In this document: one piece after another, positions 10,407-20,378 of the stretch
Layout: each line of letters begins with the position of its first letter
How positions within the stretch are numbered: the stretch's first letter is position 1
Assembly (NCBI GenBank): GCA_965206845.1
Contig: OZ242221.1
Coordinates: 640,001 to 704,000 of the forward strand
Reading direction: 5' to 3'
Length of the DNA: 64,000 bases
Source: Cenarchaeum sp.
GTDB lineage: Archaea; Thermoproteota; Nitrososphaeria; Nitrososphaerales; Nitrosopumilaceae
Notes under the pieces: generated by a model
The model's input: only the letters and a program-made list of their open reading frames with translations
The model's database searches: none
What the model was told of the DNA's origin: nothing
Translations under genes and position numbers: made by a program

Positions 10407-10637
10407 CTACGCCGGAGGTGGAGAGATCATTACAACATTGTCTCCCCTTACAATTATGGTACCAAGACTGGTAGAATCGCCGTCAGTAGTAATCTCTTCT
10501 GACTGATCCAGCAACAGGTTCATGTGCTGGTCAAATCCAAGCAGGCTGCCACGGATGGTCTTACCGCCCTTGAGCTTGATAAGAACAACCTTGTTAATGC
10601 TCTCATCTAGTACTTTTACCGCCATATCTACCGACAT
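10407..10637 (-). CDS. lsm: Sm-like (LSm) protein
   Basis: GFDQHMNL and IIVRGDNV motifs. Lies upstream of rpl37e, as is typical in archaea. Confidence 0.95.
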   Translation of the reverse strand: MSVDMAVKVLDESINKVVLIKLKGGKTIRGSLLGFDQHMNLLLDQSEEITTDGDSTSLGTIIVRGDNVVMISPPPA

Positions 10638-10682
10638 TTACTTTACCTACAGCTTGTAGTTATGGAGGATTATATTAAAATA

Positions 10683-11408
10683 TCACTTGTGTAACTTTCG
10701 AGCGCTGCCTGTAAGGCAAAGTTGACATTCTTTGTGCAGATTTGCAACAACCTGGGCCAGGATCCTGTGCCCCTGCTCTGCTGTGGCCCCCGTGGGATCC
10801 CCCCAGATGCCGTTTCCGGTGGCGGTGGGAAACGACTTTGACGCCAGTCGCGATATCCTTCGCAGCTCCCCCCTAGAGAGATCCCGCGTGTCTAGGCCCT
10901 TTACGGCCCGGGACATGTCCGTATTTTGGGAGATGGCAAGCATGAGCGAGGTCTCGACGTGGCCTGCGTGGTCAAAGGGAATGTCCATAAAATGCCAATA
11001 GGAGAGTACAAAGACCCTGACCCTTCCGCCAAGGCGCCTCTCGGTCTTCCCCGCAAGCCGAGCCAGGGCCTTTTGGTTTCCGTGATGTCCGTTTACCACA
11101 AATACGTTCTCCACCCTGTTTTTGGTCAGGGACTCGATCAAATCAGACATCACCCCTAGCAGGGTACGGCCGCTTATGCTCAGCTGGAAGAGCGGTTGGT
11201 GCTCGTACGACACGCCGTATGGCACTGTGGGCAGCTGAAGAAAGCCACCCATCTCACATAAGCGCCCTGCCACCTCTGTTACGATGTCAGTGTCGGTGGA
11301 GACCGGCAGGTGCGGCCCGTGCTGCTCGATTGATCCCACAGGCATCACCGCATTCAGGCATCCTGCCTCCCTCAGCACGGGATCGGACTGGCAGGCTAGC
11401 TTCATCAT
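10683..11408 (-). CDS. Creatininase-family amidohydrolase (ArfB-like)
   Basis: GSIEQHGPHLP, NGHHGN and DHAG.VETS motifs. Confidence 0.85.
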   Translation of the reverse strand: MMKLACQSDPVLREAGCLNAVMPVGSIEQHGPHLPVSTDTDIVTEVAGRLCEMGGFLQLPTVPYGVSYEHQPLFQLSISGRTLLGVMSDLIESLTKNRVENVFVVNGHHGNQKALARLAGKTERRLGGRVRVFVLSYWHFMDIPFDHAGHVETSLMLAISQNTDMSRAVKGLDTRDLSRGELRRISRLASKSFPTATGNGIWGDPTGATAEQGHRILAQVVANLHKECQLCLTGSARKLHK

Positions 11409-12361
11409 CCGTCTCCTGGATCTGGCGCTGAACTTGTTCCGCCAAACATCATATCCAGCATGGGATAGAGCTGTCCGGCGGGCTTTTTGGATCTGGTGTG
11501 GACCTTTCTCCAGCGAACCTCGAGCCTGTTGGAGAGGTGCATCTTTACTGCGCGCAGTAGAGTCTTTGACTCCAGCTCCTGTCCCCTCTTTTTTATCTGC
11601 TCCAACGGGTCATCAGGATCCACGCTAAAGGAGCCCTGAAAGATGATGGGGCCCTGATCCAGATTCTCTGTCACATAGTGGGACGTCACCCCCACTATCT
11701 TGGTGCCCCTCTCGTAGGCCTGCGAGTAGGCAAACGCTCCCGGAAACGCTGGAAGCAGGGAAGGGTGTATGTTTATGATCCTGTTGGGATACCTCCACAC
11801 GAAGCTTGGCGTGAGGATTCTCATGTACCTTGCAAGCACGATAAGATCGACGTCATACTCCTTGCAGATGGCCAGCAGCCTGTTCTCTGCCTCTGCCTGC
11901 ACCTTGTGGTTTACCAATACAAAGGGCACGCCGGCCTCCCTTGCGACTGGCTCCAGGGTCTCCTCGGTTCCCACTATGACGCAGATCTTACCCATCAGCG
12001 TGCGCCTCCCCTTGAGCAGGGTCTCAAGGCACAACGGCTCCCGCGTTACAAACACCGCAATGTTCTTCCGCGATGCCGTCTCGTGGTGGGTGCTTACATC
12101 CATGTCTTCCTTCTTTGCCAGCACCTGTATGCGCCGATCCAGCTCCTTGGCATCAATCTTTTTGCTAAACGACACTTCTAGGTACATTCCGAAGAGACCG
12201 TGGATGACATTCTGGTTCATCTTCTCGATGTTTCCCCCGTTTGCAAAGGCAAAGTGGGTAAACGCCGCCACCACTCCCTCGTGGTCGCGACCCACCACGG
12301 TAATGCCGATTACGGTCTTTCCCATATCGGCCTTGATTCGCAATTCCTTATTAATGCGCAT
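11405..12361 (-). CDS. purU: Formyltetrahydrofolate deformylase
   Basis: ACT domain followed by LARYMRIL, INIHPSLLPAF and LDQGPII. Start codon uncertain. Confidence 0.9.
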   Translation of the reverse strand: MRINKELRIKADMGKTVIGITVVGRDHEGVVAAFTHFAFANGGNIEKMNQNVIHGLFGMYLEVSFSKKIDAKELDRRIQVLAKKEDMDVSTHHETASRKNIAVFVTREPLCLETLLKGRRTLMGKICVIVGTEETLEPVAREAGVPFVLVNHKVQAEAENRLLAICKEYDVDLIVLARYMRILTPSFVWRYPNRIINIHPSLLPAFPGAFAYSQAYERGTKIVGVTSHYVTENLDQGPIIFQGSFSVDPDDPLEQIKKRGQELESKTLLRAVKMHLSNRLEVRWRKVHTRSKKPAGQLYPMLDMMFGGTSSAPDPGDG

Positions 12362-12450
12362 CCCATGAAGGCTTGGTGCCGCTCCCGGTTCCGCGGTAAG
12401 GCGATGGGTTTAGGTGTGTGGTCGGATGGCCGCTCCCGCATGTATGGTTA

Positions 12451-12538
12451 TGGTGCGGAAGGTGGGATTCGAACCCACGAACTCCTGAAAGACAGGGTCC
12501 TAAGCCCTGCGCCTTTGACCAGGCTTGGCAACTCCCGC
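12451..12538 (-). tRNA. tRNA-Leu(TAG)
   Basis: Cloverleaf with anticodon arm CAGGG-CTTAGGA-CCCTG, long variable arm, GTTCGAATC and encoded CCA. Confidence 0.96.
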
Positions 12539-12586
12539 ATAGTGCGTCGCCCAAACACAAATTTATCTATTGTTAAGATGACCTGT

Positions 12587-13936
12587 ATGGCTGGACTTTT
12601 TGGAACGAACGGCGTCAGAGGGGTCTTTGGGGCGGACCTCACCCTGGAGCTTGTGCACGATGTTACCCTGGCAGCCGCATCATACTTTGAGGACGGGCTC
12701 ATACTGGTGGGGTACGATGGCCGGAAGACAAGCCCGCTGATCTCAAAGGTGGTGTGCTCGGCCCTGAACTATGCCGGCCTGGACTGCGGCGCGGCTGGGC
12801 TGGTTCCGACCCCGGCGCTGGAGTTTGCTGTAAAGAGTCTGGGGTACCGTGGAGGCATCATGATTACCGCGTCGCACAACCCCCCGCAGTACAACGGCAT
12901 CAAGCTAGTGGCACGTGACGGTGTCGAGATCTCACGGGAGGACGAGCGCGTTGTGGAGGACACATACACTACAAAGAGATACCGCCGGGGCACGGACTGG
13001 GGGAAGACATCGGCCGAACCCCGCGTCCTCGGCACGTACCTTGACGGGGTATGCCGGCAAATCAACACGGAGATGATCATGAAGCGCAGATATACGGTGG
13101 TTTTGGATCTGGGAAACGGAGCACAGGCAATTGCGGCGCCAGAGTTGGCAGGCAGGCTTGGCTGCACCGTCCATACTATAAACGGGGTCGTAGACGGGGA
13201 ATTTCCCGGAAGGGGATCCGAGCCCACGCCAGCAAACCTGGGCGCGCTCACCAGGGCGGTGCTGGAGAACGGAGCGGATCTTGGCATTGCATTTGACGGT
13301 GACGGGGATCGAAGCATGCTGTGCGACGAGCTGGGCACCATACTTACCGGGGACCGGTCGGCCCTCCTGCTCTCCGGCTTCCTGCTGGAGAGGAGCCCGG
13401 AGGCAAAGATCGTCACATGCGTAAACTCTGGCCTTGCCATAGAGGATGTGGCTGGACGGTTCTCTTCGGACGTAATCAGGACAAAGGTTGGGAGTGTAGA
13501 GGTATCCAGGCGGATGGTTCTTGAGGACGCCCTCATAGGATTTGAGGAGAACGGCGGATTCATGTTCGGGCCGCACAATCAGGTAAGGGACGGATGCATG
13601 ACCTTGGCGCTGGCGCTGGACATGATGGCGCACACCGGCAGAAGCATCTCGTCGGGCGTGGCCGGCCTTCCGCCGTCGTACACCGCAAAGGACAGGATAT
13701 CCTGCACGCCGCAGCAGGCGCGGGGGATCATTGCTATGCTGAAGAGTGAGCATCCCGGCGCCGATACGGCCGATGGTATCAGAATACCCCTGGGTAGAAG
13801 GGAGTGGGTAATGATCAGGCCCAGTGGAACGGAGCCCGTACTTCGTGTTTATGCCGAGTCGGATTCCCGGGAAAACCTCGGGAGGCTCATATCCGGGTAC
13901 GTCTCAAGGATCAGATCGGCGCTTGATGCCACCTAG
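12587..13936 (+). CDS. glmM: Phosphoglucosamine mutase / phosphohexomutase
   Basis: LFGTNGVRG, ITASHNP, FDGDGDR and RPSGTEP motifs. Start reset to ATG 12587. Confidence 0.88.
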   Translation: MAGLFGTNGVRGVFGADLTLELVHDVTLAAASYFEDGLILVGYDGRKTSPLISKVVCSALNYAGLDCGAAGLVPTPALEFAVKSLGYRGGIMITASHNPPQYNGIKLVARDGVEISREDERVVEDTYTTKRYRRGTDWGKTSAEPRVLGTYLDGVCRQINTEMIMKRRYTVVLDLGNGAQAIAAPELAGRLGCTVHTINGVVDGEFPGRGSEPTPANLGALTRAVLENGADLGIAFDGDGDRSMLCDELGTILTGDRSALLLSGFLLERSPEAKIVTCVNSGLAIEDVAGRFSSDVIRTKVGSVEVSRRMVLEDALIGFEENGGFMFGPHNQVRDGCMTLALALDMMAHTGRSISSGVAGLPPSYTAKDRISCTPQQARGIIAMLKSEHPGADTADGIRIPLGRREWVMIRPSGTEPVLRVYAESDSRENLGRLISGYVSRIRSALDAT

Positions 13937-14049
13937 GCCAGAATGCAGGAGCCAGGTCCGTACAGAGACGCAGCGCGCGCCGATGTTGTGGATCTGATCC
14001 ACCTGCAGTACGTCAATCCGGGGGCACATCTGCGGACTGAATCCTGCAG

Positions 14050-15282
14050 GGCTGTGTCCCACGGACATATACTCCCCCAAAATCGCAAGGCATAATGATC
14101 CGATGATCGCGGCTCGACCCAATGAAAAAAGGAAAACGCGATCAGCGACAATGCGACCTGGTCCAGCAGCATCTGCCGGGTCTCATACTGAGCACGATAC
14201 TGGGGATAGTTGAGGATCTGGGCGACCCATACCGGGCCAGGCCCGGACTGGGCGGCATGACCGCCTACCCGCCAAAGGCCATGGCCGTCGTCTGCATTCT
14301 CATGGAAGCAGAGGCGCGCACCTACCGAAAGATGGTGGGCCACCTCAGGATGAACCGGGGCCTCGCCATGAAGATAGGGCTGCTCAAGATACCCTCAAAG
14401 AGCACCATATGGCGCGCCTACGGCATGATCCCCGAGCCGTACCTGCGGGAGGTCCACACGAGGATCATCGGCGACGTCATGGTGACCGGCTCGTTGGCCG
14501 GGGACAGCACCGGCTACTCCAGCAACAGGTTCGTCCGGTGGTTCAGCATCCGCCACGACCAGGTCAGGCTCAAGCGCGGCTGGGTCAAGCTGCACAGCAT
14601 CGTCGATGTCTCCACCAGGACCGTCTTGGACTACCTGGTCACAGACGGGTACGCCTCCGACATCACAGGATTGTGGCCGATGCTGGGAAGGATCGAAGAA
14701 GGCGCCGACTTCTTCTGCCTGGATTCGGCCTACCTGGCAAGGAAGATTTGCGACGCGATAGCTGCCAAGGGCATGGTACCGCGCATCCGGCCCAAGTCCA
14801 ATACCGTCTGCAAGAACGGGGGCAGCCAGGCCTGGGGCGATATGACCAGGACGCACAGGGACGAGCTGGCCCGGTTCATGGACGAGTACCACCAGCGCAG
14901 CATCATCGAGGCCGTCTTTGGGGCAATCAAGAGAATGTATGGGAACCACCTCAGGAGCCGCAGGCGCGCCCGGCAGAGCCGGGAGATAGCAATCCGGGTC
15001 ATCTGCTACAACATCGAGGTGGTCGCGCGATCGCACGTAAAAAGCGGCAGGCTCACGCACGAGTCGCTCACTGCAATGGCTGCCTGACTGGCGCGGTAGC
15101 CGCCGCGCCGTCCGTGGGGGAGCCTGCGCACCATCCCTTGGATCGGATGGGATTTTACAGTTTCGGACAACATTTGAAGCCGGCGGTATGTGAAAAATGC
15201 CACAATCCCAAGAATTCGAAGAATACCTGTACCGACGCGACGACGGCGGATGATTGTGGGGTTATGTCTCTAGGACACAGCC
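14050..15282 (+). mobile_element. Complete IS element (IS5-family-like), 1233 bp
   Basis: 20-bp TIR GGCTGTGTCC....GACATA (17/20 identical) and 9-bp TSD ATCCTGCAG (14041-14049, 15283-15291). Confidence 0.93.
14122..15087 (+). CDS. DDE transposase (intact ORF)
   Basis: DSTG, KLH, LDSAY and Y..RS..EAVFG.IK motifs. Confidence 0.92.
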   Translation: MKKGKRDQRQCDLVQQHLPGLILSTILGIVEDLGDPYRARPGLGGMTAYPPKAMAVVCILMEAEARTYRKMVGHLRMNRGLAMKIGLLKIPSKSTIWRAYGMIPEPYLREVHTRIIGDVMVTGSLAGDSTGYSSNRFVRWFSIRHDQVRLKRGWVKLHSIVDVSTRTVLDYLVTDGYASDITGLWPMLGRIEEGADFFCLDSAYLARKICDAIAAKGMVPRIRPKSNTVCKNGGSQAWGDMTRTHRDELARFMDEYHQRSIIEAVFGAIKRMYGNHLRSRRRARQSREIAIRVICYNIEVVARSHVKSGRLTHESLTAMAA

Positions 15283-15327
15283 ATCCTGCAGACAACACTT
15301 TTATGACCAAATGGAAAAATTTTTGAA

Positions 15328-15732
15328 ATGGAAACAAACCCGAAGGTAAAGAAAGCATACTATGTTAAATTTGAAACACCTCAGGATCTTGTCAGCCCGA
15401 TACTGGAAGCCATCAGGGTTGCAGCAACCAGCGGCAAGGTAAAGAAGGGCACAAACGAGGCCACAAAGGCGATAGAGAGGAACCAGAGCAAGCTCCTAGT
15501 CATTGCCGAAGATGTGCAGCCGCCCGAGGTAGTGGCGCATCTCCCATTGCTCTGCGAGGAGCAGCACGCGGCATACGCCTTTGTTCCAAGCAAGCACGAT
15601 CTCGGCAAGGCGCTGGGAATCGATATCACTGCGGCAGCAGCTGCCATTTTGGACTCCGGTGATGCCCAGCACATAGTTGACCAGGTAATTGCATCCATTG
15701 AGAAGATAAAAGGTGGCAAGACTGATCAATGA
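15328..15732 (+). CDS. rpl7ae: 50S ribosomal protein L7Ae
   Basis: [13 protein letters not shown] and IAEDVQPPE motifs. Confidence 0.96.
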   Translation: METNPKVKKAYYVKFETPQDLVSPILEAIRVAATSGKVKKGTNEATKAIERNQSKLLVIAEDVQPPEVVAHLPLLCEEQHAAYAFVPSKHDLGKALGIDITAAAAAILDSGDAQHIVDQVIASIEKIKGGKTDQ

Positions 15733-15941
15733 GCACCGAGACTGAAAAGATAACTCCTGCAGAAGTTATCCAAATTGTTGGCAGAACCGGCATTGCGGGT
15801 GAGGTAATCCAGGTAAGGGTAAAGATACTCGCCGGAAAGGATCGGGGACGTCTTCTCACAAGGAATGTAAAAGGCTCGGTTCGCATGGGCGACACAATAA
15901 TGCTTCGCGAGACCGAGAGGGAAGCAAAGAAGATAAAGTAG
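15729..15941 (+). CDS. rps28e: 30S ribosomal protein S28e
   Basis: [20 protein letters not shown] and ETEREA motifs. Confidence 0.96.
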   Translation: MSTETEKITPAEVIQIVGRTGIAGEVIQVRVKILAGKDRGRLLTRNVKGSVRMGDTIMLRETEREAKKIK

Positions 15942-15954
15942 GGATCTTGCGCGC

Positions 15955-16155
15955 ATGAGTCTCTTAGTTAAATCCTGCAGTTTCTGTAACAGGCCTGTAA
16001 GAAAGGGCTCTGGCACCATGCTGGTAAAAAACGACGGAACCCTTCTGTGGTTCTGCTCGGCAAAGTGCAAGAAGAACATGCGGGATCTCAAGCGCGATCC
16101 GAGAAAGCTCAAGTGGACCAACAAGTACGTCAAGGGCGGAATCAGGAGAAAGTAG
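15955..16155 (+). CDS. rpl24e: 50S ribosomal protein L24e
   Basis: CSFC...FCSAKC...PRKLKWT pattern. Confidence 0.96.
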   Translation: MSLLVKSCSFCNRPVRKGSGTMLVKNDGTLLWFCSAKCKKNMRDLKRDPRKLKWTNKYVKGGIRRK

Positions 16156-16158
16156 GCC

Positions 16159-16560
16159 ATGGCCGAACAAACGCTGTTTATAGTCAAGCCAGATGCGGTA
16201 AGACGCGGGCTGACAGGTCAGATAATTGCACGGTTTGAGCAGAAGGGATTTGTGCTGGCCAGGCTGAAGCTGTTTCGGTTCACAAGGGAGCAGGCAGAGG
16301 AGTTTTATGCGGTGCACCGGGACAGGCCGTTTTTTGGCGAACTGGTGGACTTTGTGGTATCGGGCAACGTGGTGGCGGCAGTAATCGAGGGCCACAACGC
16401 AATCGCAACGGTACGAATCATGGTGGGCGCAACAAAGTCTTTCGAGGCGGCGCCGGGTAGCATCAGGGGCGACTTTGGACTGGGATTTACGGACAACATA
16501 ATCCACGCATCGGATTCGATTGAGAGCTTTGCACATGAAGCGAGGGTAGCATTCCAGTGA
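16159..16560 (+). CDS. ndk: Nucleoside diphosphate kinase
   Basis: VKPDAV, PGSIRGDF and NIIHASDS motifs. Confidence 0.96.
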   Translation: MAEQTLFIVKPDAVRRGLTGQIIARFEQKGFVLARLKLFRFTREQAEEFYAVHRDRPFFGELVDFVVSGNVVAAVIEGHNAIATVRIMVGATKSFEAAPGSIRGDFGLGFTDNIIHASDSIESFAHEARVAFQ

Positions 16561-18348
16561 TTGGAGTTGAGAATTCGCCAACCGATTGTGGCAGTACTCG
16601 GCCACGTAGACTCGGGCAAGACATCACTGCTAGATAACATACGGGGAACCGGCGTCCAGGGGAGGGAGGCCGGAGGTATCACGCAGCATATAGGAGCCAG
16701 CTTTCTTCCCGACGACGTAATAAAGAAGAGGTGCGGCAACCTCTACGACAAGATGGGGCGAGCCGGAAGCAGGATCCCCGGAGTGCTGGTAATCGATACC
16801 CCGGGACACGAGGTCTTTAGAAACCTTCGCGTTCGTGGGGGTTCTGCTGCAGATATTGCAATCCTGGTGGTTGATGTCAACCGCGGCTTTCAGCAGCAGA
16901 CAAACGAGAGCTTTAACATACTGAAGGACAGAAAGGTGCCGTTTGTCGTGGCCCTGAACAAGGTGGACCAGATATCTGGCTGGCGCAAGACAGGCACCAT
17001 GTCTGTGATCCGGTCCATAGCAGAGCAGGATGCCTCGATCCGGGCAGATCTGGATCAGAAGATATACGACGTGATTGGAACGCTGTCGGTCCTTGGGTAC
17101 CAGTCAGAGGCATTCTACCGGGTAAAGGACTTTACAAAGGAGATAGCCATAGTGCCCATCAGCGCCAGAACCGGCATGGGGGTGTCGGAGATCCTGGCGA
17201 TGCTGGTGGGGCTCACCCAGCAGTACCTGCTCAAAAAGCTGGCGCAAGAGGAGAAGCCCACCAGGGGACTTGTCCTTGAAGTAAACGACGAGGCAGGAAT
17301 GGGTCCTACCGCCAACATAATTCTGATCGACGGTTCGATGGGAAAGAGCGACACAATACTTGTGGCAAAGCGGGACGACATAATCGTTACGAGGCCCAAG
17401 GCAATAATGCTGCCAAAGCCGCTGGACGAGATGCGCGATCCCCGTGACAAGTTCAAGAGCGTGAGCTCGGTTCAGGCTGCCGCCGGAATCAAGATTGCCT
17501 CGCCGGATCTGGATGGCGTGCTTCCCGGCTCCACCGTATACGTGGCAAAGAGCGCGTCTGAGATCGAGCCGCTAAGGAGAGCCATCGAGTCGGAGATGAG
17601 ATCTGTGTTTGTGGAGACCGAGTCTGACGGCATCATAGTAAAGTGCGACACCATCGGATCCCTGGAGGCGATAACTGAGATGCTGCGGCGCCAGCAGATA
17701 CCGATTGCCAGGGCAGACATAGGCCCGGTAAACAAGCGCGATGTAATCGAGGCCAAGGCCGTCAAAAAGAATGACAGGCATCTGGGAGTCGTGCTGGCAT
17801 TCAACGTCAAGGTGCTTCCGGATGCGCAGACAGAGTCGGAGATGTACCACGTCCAAATATTTGGCAACAGGGTAATCTACCGCCTACTGGACAGCTATAC
17901 CGACTGGGTGGAGAAGGACACCATGCACGAGGAGGATGCCACGTTTGGCGAGCTGACACCGATTGCAAAGTTCACGTTCCTGAGAGGGCTTGTGTTTCGC
18001 AACAAGGATCCCGCGGTATTTGGAATCAGGGTAGATGTTGGAACGTTGCGGCAGAAGGTGCACTTTATGAGTGAGCGCGGAAAAAGGATTGGCCAGATAC
18101 ACCAGCTGCAGGAAGACAAGAAGACTGTGGGATCGGCTCAGGAGGGCAGTGAAGTTGCCTGCTCCACCCACGGTGCGGTAGTCGGACGGAACATCAGGGA
18201 GGAGGACGTGTTTTACACACTGCCGTACTCACACGAGGCAAAGCAGCTACTCAAGAGGTTTACCCACAGGCTGTCTCCGGAGGAGCTTGGGATACTAGAC
18301 CACGTTGTGAAGGTACAGAGGGAGATAGATCCTGCATACGGGTACTAG
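16561..18348 (+). CDS. infB: Translation initiation factor aIF5B (IF-2)
   Basis: GHVDSGKT, AGGITQHIGA, DTPGH and NKVD motifs. Confidence 0.96.
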   Translation: MELRIRQPIVAVLGHVDSGKTSLLDNIRGTGVQGREAGGITQHIGASFLPDDVIKKRCGNLYDKMGRAGSRIPGVLVIDTPGHEVFRNLRVRGGSAADIAILVVDVNRGFQQQTNESFNILKDRKVPFVVALNKVDQISGWRKTGTMSVIRSIAEQDASIRADLDQKIYDVIGTLSVLGYQSEAFYRVKDFTKEIAIVPISARTGMGVSEILAMLVGLTQQYLLKKLAQEEKPTRGLVLEVNDEAGMGPTANIILIDGSMGKSDTILVAKRDDIIVTRPKAIMLPKPLDEMRDPRDKFKSVSSVQAAAGIKIASPDLDGVLPGSTVYVAKSASEIEPLRRAIESEMRSVFVETESDGIIVKCDTIGSLEAITEMLRRQQIPIARADIGPVNKRDVIEAKAVKKNDRHLGVVLAFNVKVLPDAQTESEMYHVQIFGNRVIYRLLDSYTDWVEKDTMHEEDATFGELTPIAKFTFLRGLVFRNKDPAVFGIRVDVGTLRQKVHFMSERGKRIGQIHQLQEDKKTVGSAQEGSEVACSTHGAVVGRNIREEDVFYTLPYSHEAKQLLKRFTHRLSPEELGILDHVVKVQREIDPAYGY

Positions 18349-18351
18349 GCC

Positions 18352-18441
18352 TTGAGCATCCAGGCCTTTGCAATAATCAGCGGCGTGACAATCACGACAG
18401 GCCTGTCCGTAGCCATAGCAGTCATCTACTGGCCGCAGTGA
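18352..18441 (+). CDS. Putative 29-aa single-TM micro-protein
   Basis: TTG 3 nt after the infB stop, encoding MSIQAFAIISGVTITTGLSVAIAVIYWPQ. Confidence 0.45.
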   Translation: MSIQAFAIISGVTITTGLSVAIAVIYWPQ

Positions 18442-18566
18442 TCCCGCACGGTGCCACGCAGCAGCAGGGTTTTGATACGGAGCTAGGCCTGTAAACTCTG
18501 CTGCCATCAGGGCGTGGCCATGACCCGGTTTGAGATCTTCCTGGAGCGGGTTATTCCCTGATCTGT

Positions 18567-18977
18567 TCAGACCCGGCCAAGGAATTTTTTTGCCACCATG
18601 TGGATTCCAGGCTCGCCGACAGCACCCACCATCCGCTGGGCCTCACGGCCGTTTTGGAACATCAGGAACGTCGGAATCGACTGCACGGCAAACCGCTGTG
18701 CAACGATCTGGCTCTGATCCACGTTTACCCGGGCAAACTTTATCGTGCGATACGCCCGTGCCATTCTCTCAAAGACGGGGTGCATCGTCTTGCAGGGACC
18801 GCACCACTCTGCCCAGAAATCTACCAACACCAGCGGGTGGGAAGAGATGAACCCATCAAAGCCTGCCACGCCAAGATCCGTGACGGATGCCCGGGACATC
18901 TCTTGGGCCTCCCGTTGGCGGGCAAACATCTCGTGCAGTTTTTTCTGCTTTATGCGCTCAAGCTCCTTATCTTCCAT
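18567..18977 (-). CDS. Thioredoxin (second copy)
   Basis: WCGPC active site with an N-terminal ELERIK..KL helix. Confidence 0.92.
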   Translation of the reverse strand: MEDKELERIKQKKLHEMFARQREAQEMSRASVTDLGVAGFDGFISSHPLVLVDFWAEWCGPCKTMHPVFERMARAYRTIKFARVNVDQSQIVAQRFAVQSIPTFLMFQNGREAQRMVGAVGEPGIHMVAKKFLGRV

Positions 18978-19036
18978 AACGTCCGGATGTATCGGAGGTA
19001 TTTAATTCCTGAAACCCGCTTCCCGAGAGCCCGCAG

Positions 19037-19453
19037 CTACAGATCGAGTAGGAATCTCATGGTGACTGTCCTGCCCTCTCTGATCTCCATCTGATGAAAT
19101 GTGGGTGCCTTGATCTCCACCCTGAAGCGGTGCCGTTTCAGGTCGATGGGCTCGCCGTATGCCACAGCGTCAATCCTGTATGCGCCGGACCGGAACAGCC
19201 TGACATCAAACCTTCGCACTGCAAAGCCCTCGGTTATCAGCAGGTAGATCACCTCCTCAAGCCAGTTGAGCAGGAGATAGTCCAGATCCTTGCCAGAGAC
19301 GGCAACCTGCCGCTGCTCCCTCTCCCGTACCGTCTCCCTGTCCAGCGTGATATCGGCCACGGACTCGGCCGCGCTGAGAAAGGCCGCCTCAAGCGCAGGT
19401 GCCGTCACCTCGACTATTGCGTCGGTTGCGTGATCCAAAAGCCTGTAGCCCAA
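19037..19453 (-). CDS. Archease
   Basis: DHATDA, WLEE, EIKAPT and terminal LDL motifs. Confidence 0.92.
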   Translation of the reverse strand: MGYRLLDHATDAIVEVTAPALEAAFLSAAESVADITLDRETVREREQRQVAVSGKDLDYLLLNWLEEVIYLLITEGFAVRRFDVRLFRSGAYRIDAVAYGEPIDLKRHRFRVEIKAPTFHQMEIREGRTVTMRFLLDL

Positions 19454-19527
19454 CTAGCTTCGGGGCCACAGCCCGGTATTTAGATAGAGCGGCCGGCGTT
19501 CTGTTCGCAGGCCGGCCTGCCCCGCAG

Positions 19528-19764
19528 CTACGATCCCAGGCAGCGGCTCAGGTCGCTGTGAAACTGCGCCCGCTGAAAGTCGTTCAGTTCCTCGTCCCTG
19601 AATGCCATTGCGTACTCTCTCATCATATCGCATGTCCAGTCATCCCAGATGCGCGGATTCACCACATTCTCGTCTGCCCAGTCGATGAGGAAGATGACAG
19701 GAAAGAGGGTGCCAAACACAACCACTAGGAACAGCACCAGCACCCTGTGTCCGATCTCGACCAT
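19528..19764 (-). CDS. Small membrane-anchored hypothetical protein
   Basis: TM helix followed by a short domain containing two Cys. Confidence 0.6.
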   Translation of the reverse strand: MVEIGHRVLVLFLVVVFGTLFPVIFLIDWADENVVNPRIWDDWTCDMMREYAMAFRDEELNDFQRAQFHSDLSRCLGS

Positions 19765-19789
19765 AACAACAAAAACTGGTTTTGGGAGT

Positions 19790-20218
19790 TTAATCTATTT
19801 TGGTATCGCTGCTCTTTTGGGGCCACATGGCATCCCAAGTCTCGGCAAACTTTTTCATCATGTCGCCGTAGGCCTGCATCTGCTTCATTCCGCCGTCCCC
19901 CATGGACTGTTGCCACTGCTCGCCAAACTTTTTGAACGAGTCAGCAGTAGCCTCCGAGACTGTCTTCTGCCAGTTGTCAGAGAACTGTCGCATAAAGTCG
20001 TTCTGCGTCATGCCCATGGATCTTTGCCAGTTCTCGCCAAAGGACTTCATGGTGTCCAGGGAGGACTCGCCGCTGGCCTTCTCCCAGATCCGGTTAAAGT
20101 TCTCCTGCATGGTCGCAGCGGCCTTTTGCATCGAGTCAAACATCCCATTCCAGTTGTCAAGCGACTTGATGTACTCGCCCCATAGCCTCTGCCAGTTCTC
20201 TTTATCGGAGCTAGACAT
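19790..20218 (-). CDS. Trp/Met/Gln-rich helical repeat protein
   Basis: Four F-x-E/D-x-W repeats and an upstream TTTATC box. Confidence 0.7.
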   Translation of the reverse strand: MSSSDKENWQRLWGEYIKSLDNWNGMFDSMQKAAATMQENFNRIWEKASGESSLDTMKSFGENWQRSMGMTQNDFMRQFSDNWQKTVSEATADSFKKFGEQWQQSMGDGGMKQMQAYGDMMKKFAETWDAMWPQKSSDTKID

Positions 20219-20378
20219 ATCCTACCTCACCCCACACCTAAGATAAACCCACCTGATCTGCGCGTGTAGATCTTCGGGTTCCGGAGCGGGATCCGGCAGC
20301 CGGATCCCCGCATGCCCGACACCCGCTCCTGCAGAGGAACCCCTGCATCGGAAAGACTAAATCAAAACTCCGCGTGGT

